Source: Gordius albopunctatus (taxonomy: Eukaryota). From it: a stretch of 64,000 nucleotides of DNA. Below are positions 27,797 to 40,223 of this stretch, piece after piece. The translations under genes and the position numbers were made by a program. Below the pieces are notes generated by a model. The model was not told where the DNA came from, searched no databases, and saw nothing but the letters and a program-made list of their open reading frames with translations. The stretch spans positions 5,208,001 through 5,272,000 of the forward strand of contig OZ193910.1 of assembly GCA_964276515.1 (NCBI GenBank), written 5' to 3'. Numbering within the stretch: the stretch's first letter is position 1; every line of letters starts with the position of its first letter.

Positions 27797-29030
27797 ATCT
27801 ATATATATAAAGTAAAGTGTATGTATGTGTGTGTGTATGTATGTGGATAAGGGCTAAATTCTGAAACTACCGGCCCGATTCGCGTGAAAATTTAGCCGTA
27901 GATGCCCAGGGCGGCCAGGGGTAAAATTAGTGATGCGGAAAAACCGAGAAAAATCTCGGTCTCGTCTCGCTGAGTATTAATTAAGTATTTGTTACTTATT
28001 TGTATAGATTATATAATATAAAATTATTTAGACCTATAATGAGTTTATGCGCAACAAGTTCATCATCCAACACAAAAAAGAGCAAGCTGCTCAAAATTTC
28101 ACAGTATCCAAGGATTAATCAAATAAAATGGGGAAGTGTAAATTTTGCTTTAAAGAAAATTTTATATTTTAAGTTATATGTGTGCAATTAACGTATGATC
28201 TTAAAACTTTTATGTTCTTCCGACAAAAATGCCTATTTTATTGTATTTACAATGATCAGATAATTACTTGTTATAAATAACTAGATGAACCCGGCAAACG
28301 TTGTTTTGCCATTTACACGGGTGTATTAAATTATGTTGGAATTTTAGGGCATATATGATGATAAAGCGGTTATCGTTTCTGTTCAAAAATTAAGCTCTTC
28401 AAAAAAAAAAGCTGATCAGAAAAAAAGCCAATAAACCAATAGGAACATTTGGCAATTTCGACGTATAGTGCATACAATCTAATGTAAATTTAGGAATATT
28501 TAGTTTCCAGACTAGAAAATAAAACTAATATTCAAATTTTAAATATTTAATTAATACAAAAAGTTAGTATAAAAAATATTAATAATTAAACGCATAAAAT
28601 GAATAAGCTATTATTCTATAAACAATTGCATATAATATAGCGTGTCTACATTTGATATTCGTCTAATGTTAATATATATGTAAATATTTACAAGTATTTT
28701 TTAAGTTGCTAATGATTATAAATACACTAAAACTTCATAACTGTTAAGGGCCATATTAAGATTTATTTTGAATTTCAAAAGGCTGGCTACAATTTACCGG
28801 CCTGATTCGGGCAAAAATTAAGCCGTGGATGCCCAGGGCGGCCAGGGGTAAAATAGCTTTTTCAGATTCCTAAAATACCTTATAGTTTTAAAAATATCGG
28901 ACATTTCCCGGCCAGTTTCATTTATAGCATCATATACAATAATGACGTCATACATACAAGGCTGAAGTTTTCTCGAATTAGATATTTAAAAGTATAATAA
29001 AATGTTACATTATACGGTCAAAATTAATAA
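27797..29030. mobile_element. Cluster of Helitron-like non-autonomous pieces plus a hAT left end at 27928
   Basis: TCTATATATATAAA 5' end with (GT) microsatellite; minus-strand hairpin+CTAG 3' end near 28281; core shared with 39611-40223 and 52799-54605. Confidence 0.6.
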
Positions 29031-29219
29031 TATTTGAGATAATGGTTGTACCAAATAATTACAACTTCAGTATTTCTTAAACGAATTTGGTGATACATTT
29101 TACATTATTATAGATATAACCGGCAAATTTTTTAAATAATAACTGATTGCTTCATATAATACACATTTTAACTATTTATTCAGCTATTAGAAGTTAGTGT
29201 ATTTCGTAGATTATCAAAC

Positions 29220-29810
29220 GTCATTTCTTCTTTATCGTGTGTTCAATCACACAGTCACGGGGTGCGTATTGATCCGTTTATTCCATCGTAAGCGGGTAAG
29301 GACCATCGGATGTTTTTTCTTTCATACATAACTTGTCCAATTACCTTTTACATCTAACACAAGGTCATTGTCTTCCATTATTCCCCTGCACGTCCATTTC
29401 CAGTACTTTTAGCCATTGGCAAGTGACCAAATCACCTTAGCCGATTTCCGTTGATCATGTGTGCCATAGGTTAAAAGCTGAATTTTGCCCTGAGATAGGC
29501 ATTAATATGGGCGAAATAGGTATAATCCAAGGTACAAAGCTTATTCTCGATTCCGTAGATTTTAATAATTTTTCTTCAATTGTGTCAAATGCCCCTGTTT
29601 CACGTAGGTAGACACCGGTCTTACGATGGATTTGTCAGCTTTGCTCTTAAACCTTATTAACATCTTATATTGCACATAACACTAAATATACCTTGTTATT
29701 TAAGCTATCATTTTTGGATCCATGCATTGACTTTTTTAGCGCAACCACCCTCTTAGCATCGAGCCAAGTTATGTAAACCTACCTACTTTTTGGAACTTCC
29801 ATTTATTATC
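29220..29810 (-). pseudogene. Decayed RTE LINE 3' RT fragment
   Basis: ACCGGTCTTACGATGGATTTG...GCTTTGCTCTTAAACC and TTTTTGGATCC match the RTE at ~49990-50100; multiple stops. Confidence 0.7.
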
Positions 29811-29814
29811 CAGT

Positions 29815-31450
29815 CATGGGGTGCCTGTCATCAAAACCTAGGTTTGTACAACCCAAACCTAAGGTTTGGGTTAAGGTTGGAAAAAGACCTTTAAGGTCTT
29901 TCAGATTCCCTAACCCAAAACTGGGGTGGAACCCCAAAAAGACCTTAAAAACCTTAAGGTCTTTTATACACCCAAACCTTAACCCGGGGTTTGGGTTAGG
30001 TTGACCTGGGGCTAATGTTTTGAAGTATAGGCGTGAAATAAGAGTATTTTTTAATGAAGAAATGAATTATTTTTAAATATTTTAATTTATAATAAATAGA
30101 AAATGATTATTTTATTATTATTCATTTAATTTCATAATATAATCTTGGGGTAAATTAATTAAAAAATAATATTGGGTTATTGTTTTAGCACCATCTAGCT
30201 TGTAATTAAATTCGCCATGCCATCCCTGTCTCGTTCTCGCGCATGCTATTGCTATGCTAATGCATATATTATATATACTATACTTATATACTACCCTACC
30301 TACCTACCTACCTACCCCCACCCCATTCCCCAACACAACCTAATACTTGGGGTGTTTAGGGTGTGTTGGGGTGTCTTAGGTTACCTAATACACCCCAACA
30401 CAACCTAACACAACCTAATACACCCGTACTGTACGGGGTAGTGAAGGGAACGGGAAGGGAAGGCAGAAGCAGAAGGCACTATGTGCAAGTAAAAGTAAAG
30501 TAATAAAAGGATAGGGGTAGGGGTTGGTTGATAACGAAAATTTAATTATTTTTTTTATCATCTCTGATTTGCAAGAGAGTCAAATGGAAAGTAATTCTAA
30601 TTCAATATTGGATTTGGAGGTAATAATTTATAAAAATATTTTTTATTTAATTTTGAGCCTACTAATTTTAAATGGCGGTGGGGGGATGTTTTTGAGTAAA
30701 ATAATTGTCTTTCAGTGTTTAATATTTTATTTTTAAATAAATATAATTTTAATTTTTAAATGATTTTATAAATAATTCTTTGCTTTATTTATAAAATCAT
30801 AAAACAATCCAAGTTAAAAATCTGAACTGTTTTGCATTTTTAAAATAGTCATGTGACTCGATGTCGATAGCATCAGGATCAGGAAGTAATTATTTTGTGT
30901 CTACACCTAAAAAGTCCCGAAAACAATGTTCCAAATATTTTAGTGCTAAAACTTCCACAAGTAAAAATTGCTTTTAATAATTAAGGATCAAGATGAGATA
31001 AATTAATATCGATATGATTTTGATTAGGTCCCTCAATATTTCTCCGATAAGTCTTTGAATTTATAAAAAAAACTTTATATGATGTTATTTTAAATATAAA
31101 TAGTACTTTTTTTAAATGTTTATTAGGTAATATTAAAAGCCATTATGAAAAGCATCATGGAATGTTTTTGGCGTCAAAGAGTAATGTTTTGAGCAATAAA
31201 TCCATAACAAAAGATCAAAATTTATTAATAAATCAAAAGATATTAAATCTGGTTATAAATGAAAACTTCCCTATCAAAATCTTTGAAAGCACTGTTTTTT
31301 CAGATTTAATCCTCCACCTGAATTCAAATGTTGAAATTTGGACCAAAAATACAGCCAAAAAAGAACTTAGAAGTTGTTTCGAACAGAAGCAATCTAAAGT
31401 TATACAACTGCTACAGGCGTTAACGTCAAAAATATCCCTCGTAACGATGA
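29815..31450 (+). mobile_element. Decayed hAT 5' portion
   Basis: AACCT/AGGTT subterminal repeats; ORF 31162-31491 (HYEKHH...ENFPIKIFESTVFSDLI...SKISL) resembles the region after a hAT BED finger. Ends not defined. Confidence 0.55.
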
Positions 31451-31669
31451 TTTTACATTTACCACTCGCTTTTATTGCCATCGTGTTGTAATCAAAAAAC
31501 AGCGGGGCATTTACGACCCCCCCTCTCCCTTCCATTTAAGCCACTGTTTTACCATATAGTTGACGATGCATTTATTTCGCGAATTTTAAATAAAAGTAGA
31601 CACATAAGTATTGATTTAAGTTAATTGTTAAATTTAAAATAAAATATCCTTATTTATTAACAATTCGTA

Positions 31670-34111
31670 GGTCGGGTGGGGTAATAATGACCCCAAGCCG
31701 TTTAAAAATGCTGTAAATTTTTTGGGGGTTGCTCTAATTATAGGTATAAAATTTAAACCAATTGATCCAATAGCCAAATTAATATAATAATTAACGTATA
31801 AGAGTTGAAATATTATTCTTGCAAATTTTGACTAGTTTATATTCTAAAATATGGAAGTTATAGCTATTTAAAGTTTGGGGTAATTATAACCCCAAATACC
31901 ATCCGTGTTAGCATTTTTTACCCAACCTACCATACTAAGTGATAGTAATAATTTTCAATATATTAAATAATAAATACTGTAAAAAATTTTTTTAGAATCA
32001 ATTAATGTATTTATTGATTGAGAAAATTTAATAAATTAAATTGATTAAAATCCCTTTCCCCCCTTATATTTTTATTAAGCAACAACATTAAGTAGAAGCG
32101 CATGTCATGTTCATCTCAGCGTAGACCATTTTTCGTTTCTTGACATTAGGTACATCCCAAATAGACTCCCTTGGTCTCTTTGCATAGTGCTATATCATCA
32201 GTATATCGCTTAAACCAAGGCAATGGCTTTTGAATGTTTCTTGTTACCATGTCTATAATTTTTTTTTATCTTAAAAAGTTTATTTGTTAAAAATCCGTTG
32301 ACAGTAATATAACATAAATACATGAAATATAAAAGACAAATTGCGTCAAACAAAATAATACACTATTCTAATATATCATCATCGAGGGGATCTTCCAAAA
32401 TTGGACAACAATCCGCGAACGATTTAAAATTGTACCTGGCTATAAGAATACCAAGTCTTTGTTTAAGTAAAAAGGATACCAAATGTTTAGACGGGGGAGA
32501 ACGTCTTCCTAAATCTTTAAAAAAACTAAGGCCTGTTTGCCAAAGGTGTCTGAACACGAAGCAACCAATGGAATAAAAATGTTTGAGGATAATAGTGCTT
32601 TGTATTTATTTATTTTCTGCCCCTCTGCAACAGCTAAAGAATCATTGTTGTAGTTAGAGGGAGCAAATAGGTCAATACATGTGAAGTCCCATTTAAAGTG
32701 AAGACCATTGATCCATGGGACTAAAAAAGATCCATCAGGACGCATACGTCCCTCCAAGGAGGGGTTCGATGGCTCCAAGATCGATGGGATCTTTTCTCTC
32801 TTCAGAGTACTTTGAATTACGGCATTGCCCTATTGTGCCTAACATATTTGAATTTGTGTGCCATGCAGTGTAATGGATGCCTGGCTTGTTCGTCTACGAG
32901 TATGATGCAATTTCGGCAAATAAATAGCTTTTAAAATTTCACCCCTAGCCTGAGAGCTATGGAATACGAAAGTTCCGAGTCCTCCAGCATCATCCCGGTG
33001 AGACAGCTTGGGTAGACCTCTAGCCATTCTTGACCTGAGCCATCAAACAAAAACGACCTTAAATTAGAACACTGACTTGCATCGCTACTCGAAATTAGAT
33101 CATAAACGGAGCGCAACACAAGTCCGGCATCCCAATCTCTTTGTCGTGAGGTTGGTGGCAAAGGTGTTCCGGGATTAGAATTGTTTTCCCAAATAGCTAA
33201 AGCAATGGGTAAAAGCGGGTCTTCTTTAACCGGATACAACTTAAAAATGGTATCTTGTACGGATTTGTAAGATGAAATAAAGGAGACTAGAGATATTGAG
33301 TCAGGAGAGCGAATCCCTAAACCACCCGATTTAGTTGGTAGGGAAGCTTGTAACCAGCTATGAATATTGAATTTTATATTTAAAATAGATTGTAAAATAT
33401 ATTTAATATTCTGTTCGAAGAGGTTTAAAATTTCTGAGTCTAAAAAAGCACTTGAAGAGCGAAAACAGTGCTGAATTTTTGAAATATTAAAATAGTTTTT
33501 CATTATGTAAAAAGCGTGGTGTGAAGGCAGACACTTTTAGAGATCTAATTATAAGTTTAAAATATAGAGATTTTTCTCCAAATAAGATGCGAGCCCAACT
33601 CTACCGCCTATGTTACCATGTCTATAATCATATTCAACAAAAAAGGGCTTGGCGTAAAAATTTTATGTAATACAATTTCAGCACAAAAAGTAGAGTTGCC
33701 AGAAGTTGTTATTAGATAATCAATTTAAATAAAACACAATGTAAAGTCAAATATGTATTTTTACGCATTTTAAGAAATACAGTAAAGATATATAATTAGA
33801 TATATTAAATGCTTTTCATTTGAAATAAAATTAATTTTTAATAAGCAATTTTAAAAATTGTGATTTTGAGACGTGGAACTATTACTAAAAACTAAAAACG
33901 TCAATCAATGTTGTTTATAAATATAAATTGGACATTTTAAAAATCCCGTCCCATATCACCCTTCAGACACTTTTACCATAGTATTTTCTTTTTCGGGATC
34001 TGCCCCGAATTCAAAATAAATCTAAAAATATGGTGAAATTTATTGGAATAATGGCTAAAATTTAAAAAAAAATTCATTTTGCCACTCCCTAAATCATTAC
34101 CCCCACCACCT
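31670..34111. mobile_element. DNA transposon remnant hosting the CRE-like LINE
   Basis: Imperfect TIRs GGTCGGGTGGGGTAATAATG / CATTACCCCCACCACC. Confidence 0.45.
32260..33610 (-). mobile_element. 5'-truncated CRE-like non-LTR retrotransposon with restriction-like endonuclease
   Basis: 18-bp TSD TGTTACCATGTCTATAAT (32242-32259, 33611-33628), poly(A) tail, QASLPTKSGGLGIR, LRLG, RMRPDG...WDFTC motifs; frameshifted. Confidence 0.85.
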
Positions 34112-35946
34112 GATTCCAATGCTGGCTAAGCCCATGATTATCTATTTTTATAGTGATAAAAGCAATTAATTTAAGGTTTTTAGATTTTTATAGATTGGAA
34201 TTACCACGATTATAATTGTGTCCCCCAAAGAAACGCATTTCAACACTGTTCTAGAGATGGTAGAAACAAAAAGAAGGAGCGCATGTCAAAAATTTCTGCG
34301 AGGGGATGAGCTTTAATAAATACAAAAAATTGAATCAATTAAAAAAAACTCGAGCCTTCGGCCCTCGTGGGCAGGGGAAGGGGAAGGGGAAGGGGAAGGG
34401 AAGAGGGGAAGGGAAGGGGAAACAAAACCCATCTATACTCCGTATAAACGTAGCATATTTGCTATGCAATTTATGGGCGAGAAATGTGGGAAGGGGCGAG
34501 AATGCCTATAGGGGGGTATTAAATGCAAAATGATTAGTTAATTATTTATAAAAATTTTCCATCACTTTGGCCAGTGGTGATCTTTTCTAATATCAGAAGA
34601 CAGCCGAATAACTAGCCTATAATTTTAATCAAGAAAAAAAATTGATTTAATTCTCACTTTGGCCAATGGTCATTTTTTCATTAGTCAGTGGCCAGCGGAC
34701 GGCCAAGAAGTCATATTATCAATGGTATTAACAAGAACAATATATTAATTAAATAATAAAAATTTGACCTCGCCGGGATTCGAACCCACATCAGTAGAGG
34801 TATAAGCCTTTGTAGGGGCACAGGGACCCATATCAGTAGAGGCATAGGCTCTTTTAGGGGGGGGCAATAGGGTATTTATCAATGTTAACATAATATACCA
34901 ATTCAAAAACGAAAAAAAAATTTCAAATCACAATTTGGCCGATGGTCATTTTTTTATTGGTCAGTAGCCAGCGGACGGCCAAAAAGTCATATTATCAATG
35001 GTATTTACAAGAACAATATATTATTTTAATTAAAAAAAAGTTTTTTGTCCTCTCCGGTATCGAACCAGCAAGTCAGATATATTTCAAATCCTAAATTAAA
35101 ACTTGACTAAATTAAAAAATTGATAAATGGGTTAGATTTAGTGCTGTAAAAATTTTTAAAAAAATCGAACGCGTTCACGTTCACGTTCGTTCAAAATTTT
35201 ATGATAAATTTTTTTTAATTTAATATAAATAAATGTCTTATATTTTTTAATACAATAAATAGCCATGATAAAAAATGATAGTTTTATTTCGACAATATAA
35301 TTGTAAATCAATATAATCTAATAGGGCGAATATAAAGATTATTTATTTAGAAAAAAAATATCTTATTGATTTTTAATAATAATTGTTTCTCAAAATTGTC
35401 GTTTGATAAGCAGTAACGCTTGGCAGTTAATACAGCATTAGCTCTACTCAGGCGTAGCCAAGGGGGCAGAAAGTGGGAAGTTTCTGGCCCCTTGGCCAAA
35501 ATTTGAAATTTTTTTGTTTAATAATTAGATTAAATGGGTTAAAATATTATAGTTTAGTTGCATAAAAGATTTTGAGACACTTATAAAAGTCTGGAAACAT
35601 AATATATACATTCAATTTTTATAATTTAATTTTCAACTTGCACATAATTTTCCACCATTGATTGTAAATTGTATGTATGTATGATTGCCGCGAAGAGTTG
35701 TAAATTATGAAGAATTCTATACAAAAATTTTCCCCCCTTAAAATACCAAACCCTGGTATTTCTAGTAAGTGACTTAGGCTTTTATTTTATGTTTATATAG
35801 TATTGATTTCTTATATATATTAATATTTTTATAAATATTGTGATTACATTGCCAATTTTAAAAATTTCTAGAGGATTTAAATTTGTCCAATGATGAAGAT
35901 TCAATTGAAACACTCACCTATTGTTTAAACAATAATATTGATGAAA

Positions 35947-36005
35947 ATGCCTAACACTACCAACGACGGTCCCAAGTCCGTGTGAAAAAAGTGGAGGGTT
36001 GGCGT
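35947..36005 (+). ncRNA. Twister ribozyme (P1 type) at the RTE 5' end; predicted cleavage 35952/35953
   Basis: AUGCC U^AA CACU ACC AAC G ACGG UCCCAAGU CCGU GUGAAAAA AGUG GAGGG UU GGCGU: P1, P2, P4 and both pseudoknots can form. Aligns to the rice Osa-1-4 twister (recalled from memory) with compensatory A-U pairs. Confidence 0.9.
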
Positions 36006-39000
36006 CAGGTCGGAAGCCGGCTGTAAAAGCAACTCCAAACACCATGGCAGCTTCAAATACGAACTTATACCAGAATGCTAGGGCGTCCTCCCCAAACGAC
36101 GCGCATTGCATCATCCACCCGTGCAATGTGAAAAGTATACAAGGGTCACCGCCTCACTCACAACGAAGGCGGTTAAGGAACCTAGTTGTCGAACGGACAA
36201 GAGTGGCTAGCTGGAATGTGGGCACGCTGACGGGGAAGAGCATCGAGGTTGCGCAGATGCTAAAAAGGCGAAGGATACACATAGCGTGTCTACAAGAAAC
36301 ACGGTGGCATGGAACAAAAGCCAGGGAGCTAGGAGATGGTTACAAGCTATACTACTCGGGTTCCCCATCACGGAAGAACGGGGTCGGTATAGTGCTTAGC
36401 GATTCCTTTAAGGACAAGCTAGTCGAAGTCAAACGATGCTCAGATAGATTGATGTGCATAAAGCTGGCGGATCAAGGCGGCCTTGTCAATGTTATTTGTG
36501 CGTATTCGCCCCAGGTTGGATGTTCCGAAAACGAGAAGGACGAATTCTATGAGAAGCTCGAAGAAGAAATACGCTACGTGAAGCCTGACGAGAATCTCAT
36601 CATCGGAGCAGACTTTAATGGGCACGTTGGGAAAGAAAGGGGCATGTACGAACGAAATCACGGCGGGCATGGCTATGGAGTGAAAAATAAAGAGGGAGAG
36701 AAGTTAATACAGATGGCGCAAGCTTACGATATGGCCATTGTGAATACCTTCTTTCAGAAGCGTACCGAACATTAAGCGACGTACAGTAGTGGAAATCACC
36801 TTACACAGGTCGACTACATATTAGTGAAGCGCAAAAATTTGTGGCAAGTTAAAGATTGCAAGGTTATACCGGGGGAAGAAATCGCCAAACAACATCGGCC
36901 AGTTGTCCTCGATATAGCAAGAAAGATTTTTCCCGTAAGGAGAAAAGTCTACACACCAAGGACAAAGTACGAAAAGCTTAAGGATGATCATGCAAATGAA
37001 ATGTTTCACACTCGAGCAACTCCGCTCTTGAATGTTGCAGGCTTGGAGGGCGACATTAACAAAAGGTGGGGCACCGTTGCAAATGTTCTAAAGGAAACGG
37101 CCTTACAAATATTGGGACGAACTAAGGGCGGCAGAGCTCACAAGCGTGAACTATGGTGGTGGAATGACTCGGTCAAAGAGGTTATAGAAGAAAAGAAGGC
37201 GTTGTACCTACGATGGTACAAAACGAAGAAAGGAGAAGACTACGAGGCATATCGTGAAGCGAAACGCAAAGCTAAGATAGCGGTCGCGATAGCGAAGAAC
37301 GACGCTTACACCGAGATGGCAAACAAGCTCGATACCAAGGGCGGCGACATAGTCATGTATAAACTCGCAAAGATCAGGGAGAAAAAAAGTCGAGATGTCG
37401 GGACACTTAAAGTCATTAAAAGCGAAGAGGGACGAACGTTGTGCAAACCGAAGGAAGTCATAAAAAGATGGAAAGATTATTTCCAAAATATGATGAACAA
37501 AACGAATGATAGAAGACCGCTAGAGAGGGTGGAACCGAACTCGAACTTGGTTTTACCATTTCAGGCTTATGAAATAGGAGCACAACTAACGAAGATGCGG
37601 AAAGGGAAAGCGCTAGGTCCCGATGATCTACCGATCGAAGCTTGGCTTGGGTGCAAAGGAGAAGGAATCGACATAATGACAGGCCTATTTAACGCTATGC
37701 TGTATGAGAGTCGTATCCCTGACCAATGGAGGGAAAGTACGATCATACCCATATACAAAGGTAAAGGAGACGCGCAGGAATGTGGCAACTTTAGAGGTAT
37801 CAAGTTGACCTGCCACTCACTAAAACTACTAGAAAGGGTGCTAGTGAAAAGGCTCAATGATGAAGTTTGTCTCTCGCCCAATCAGTTTGGATTTGTGGCC
37901 GGTAAATCAACGATGGACCCAATCTTTGCGTTGAAGCAGACGATGGAAAAATATGGCGACATAAGAAAGAAATTACACATGGTCTTCATCGATTTAGAAA
38001 AGGCCTACGATACGGTTCCGAGAGACTTAATATGGTTGGCCCTTAGAGCCAGAAATATACCCGAAGGATATGTTCGACTTATCAAGGAAATGTATAATGG
38101 CGCGGTTGCATCTGTTAGGACTACCGTAGGAGTAACGAAACCCTTCCGAATAATGATCGGACTACATCAAGGATCAGCGTTAAGCCCATTCTTGTTTAAT
38201 CTAATTATGGATACAATAACAAAGGACTTGCATAAGCCAGCCCCTTGGACTATGCTATATGCCGACGATATTGTCCTCGATGAAACAAGAGAAGGGGTTT
38301 TTCATCAGGCGAAAAAATGGTCAGAACGTTTCTCGGAATTCGGGTTAAAGGTCAGCGAGAAGAAAACGGTTTACATGCAAACGATGGGCGGTAGTCCGCA
38401 AATGCACAAAATTGACGGTCCAAGGTACACGGAGGTTGATAAGTTCACATATCTTGGCTCGCTATTACATCAAGAGGGAGGATGTACCGCCGAAGTCCAT
38501 TCTCGGATCAAGAAAGCATGGCTCAAGTGGCGCAGCATCTCCGGTGTCATGTGTGACAAAAAGATACCAATTTGGTTGAAAAGTAAGGCGTACAAAACCA
38601 TCGTGCGACCGGTCTTGCTTTACGGGAGCGAAACATGGGCTGTAACCAGCGCGGAGGAGAAACTCTTGCAAGTCACGGAAATGAGAATGGTGCGATGGAG
38701 CTTAGGCTACACCAAGCTGGATCGCATGACGAACGAATCCTTGATGACAAAGATGGGTATACAAGCGACGAAGGACTTCTTAAGAGAAAATCGACTGCGG
38801 TGGTACGGCCATGTATTACGAAGAGACGAAGACGATGTCACACGCCGAACGCTGGAGATGGACGTGCCTGGAAGAAGAGGAAGGGGCAGACCACGTGCCA
38901 CCTGGAAACGACTGGTCGAAAAGGATATGGACGTCAAACAGATGGAAATTGGCATGGCATTCACACGACTCAGATGGAAGAGGCTGCTGAAAACGTACCC

Positions 39001-39044
39001 CACGTCTGTGGGATTTTCAACACGATAAAGAAGAAGAAGAAGAG
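35953..39044 (+). mobile_element. Full-length RTE-clade LINE, family A
   Basis: 16-bp TSD ATTGATGAAAATGCCT (35937-35952, 39045-39060), (AAG)n tail, APE endonuclease and RT domains. Confidence 0.95.
36044..39028 (+). pseudogene. RTE single ORF (APE endonuclease + RT) with one in-frame TAA at 36773-36775
   Basis: SWNV, LQETRW, GADFNGH, QGSALSP, YADD motifs. The two ORF halves share a frame; the duplicate copy has TTA (Leu) at this codon. Confidence 0.92.
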
Positions 39045-39610
39045 ATTGATGAAAATGCCTCAACTATTCTAAAGTCAAATCAAATGGTATATGTAAAATT
39101 TTATCTTTTTTAGTTTATTTTTAGAGTTAATTAAAATTTGTAAAATTTTAATTGAAATAATTTAATGTTAGATATAAAATCATCATCAAACCAGCAGCCG
39201 TATGACATATCTTTGTATGTTAACACCATACAACATTATGAAGATAAGTTGGGAAAATTTGATAAAATTTATCAACCACCACTTTTATTCAATTTTCCTT
39301 GTGATGAAACAGCTAAAAAGCTGAAATTTAATTTCTCTTAGTTTCATAAATGGAGCTGGCTCTCCTATTCTCTGCGAGAAAATGGTGCTTATTGTAAATT
39401 TTGTGTGTTCTTTGGACCAAGGTATGGTGGTAAAGGGGATCAAAAGTTGAAAGCCCTTGTAATATTGTACGCGAAGTTTATTTTTGTTATATTAAAAATA
39501 AAAGTGTCGAAAATTTTTTTAATTTTCCTGGCCCCTTGAGAAAATCCTGGCTACGCGCCTGGCTCTACTAAAAACTGTATCTAAGATATATACTTATATA
39601 TATAATAATA

Positions 39611-40223
39611 CTAGATAAGCCCGGCCAACGTTGTTTTGCCATATACATTATGCCTGACAAATTAACTAACTCACTATAAGTGGGATGAAACTGGCCGGGA
39701 AATGTCCGATATATTTAAAACGAAAAGGTATTTTAGGATTCTGAAAAAGCTATTTTACCCCTGCCCGCCCTGGGCGTCTACGGCTAAATTTTTGCGCGAA
39801 TCGTGCCGGTAGTTTCAGAATTTAGCCCTTACATACATACTATTATATATACACTAAAAATAGTGGGTTCATAAAATCCATGACGTGATAAAATTCGTGC
39901 CCCATTTCAATATATAAAATGTATAAGTCTAATATTTATTTTTAATAATATTAAATTAATCCTATAAATAAATAATACATATTTCTACTTATATTCTAAC
40001 TTTCCTGACGTCATTATTGTATATGATGCTATAAATGAAACTGGCCGGGAAATGTCCGATATATTTAAAACAAAAAGGTATTTTAGGATTCTGAAAAAGC
40101 TATTTTACCCCTGGCCGCCTTGGGCATCTACGGTTCAATTTTCGCGCGAATCGGGCCGGTAGTTTCAGAATTTAGCCCTTACACACATACACACATACAT
40201 AGACTTTACTTTATATATATAGA
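39611..40223 (-). mobile_element. Helitron-like non-autonomous element
   Basis: On minus it begins TCTATATATATAAAG and ends GGCAAAACAACGTTGGCC...CTAG, sits between A and T, has no TSD and contains two copies of an internal core. Confidence 0.8.

Larger units (their letters stand above)
35449..39561 (+). mobile_element. Non-autonomous hAT with TTF-type zinc-finger remnant, carrying an RTE insertion
   Basis: CAGGCGTAGCC...GGCTACGCGCCTG, exact TSD GCTCTACT; WSWLSYSLRENGAYCKFCVFF at ~39350-39415. Confidence 0.88.

Noticed and set aside
34306..34533. GK-repeat protein
   Set aside because: Translation of a GGGAAG microsatellite in repeat DNA.
34765..35070. Functional tRNA genes
   Set aside because: Only T-arm and acceptor 3' halves are recognisable; no D-arm or anticodon arm.
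35950..36050. HDV-like ribozyme at the RTE 5' end
   Set aside because: I could not assemble an HDV nested double pseudoknot; the twister fold explains the conserved bases and the element boundary.
36773..36775. Programmed stop readthrough between APE and RT
   Set aside because: The duplicate copy has TTA here and family B is open at this position, so it is a point mutation.
37208..39072. Antisense and alternate-frame ORFs in the RTE (and similar ones in Gypsy)
   Set aside because: Shadow ORFs of GC-richer coding sequence with no motifs.
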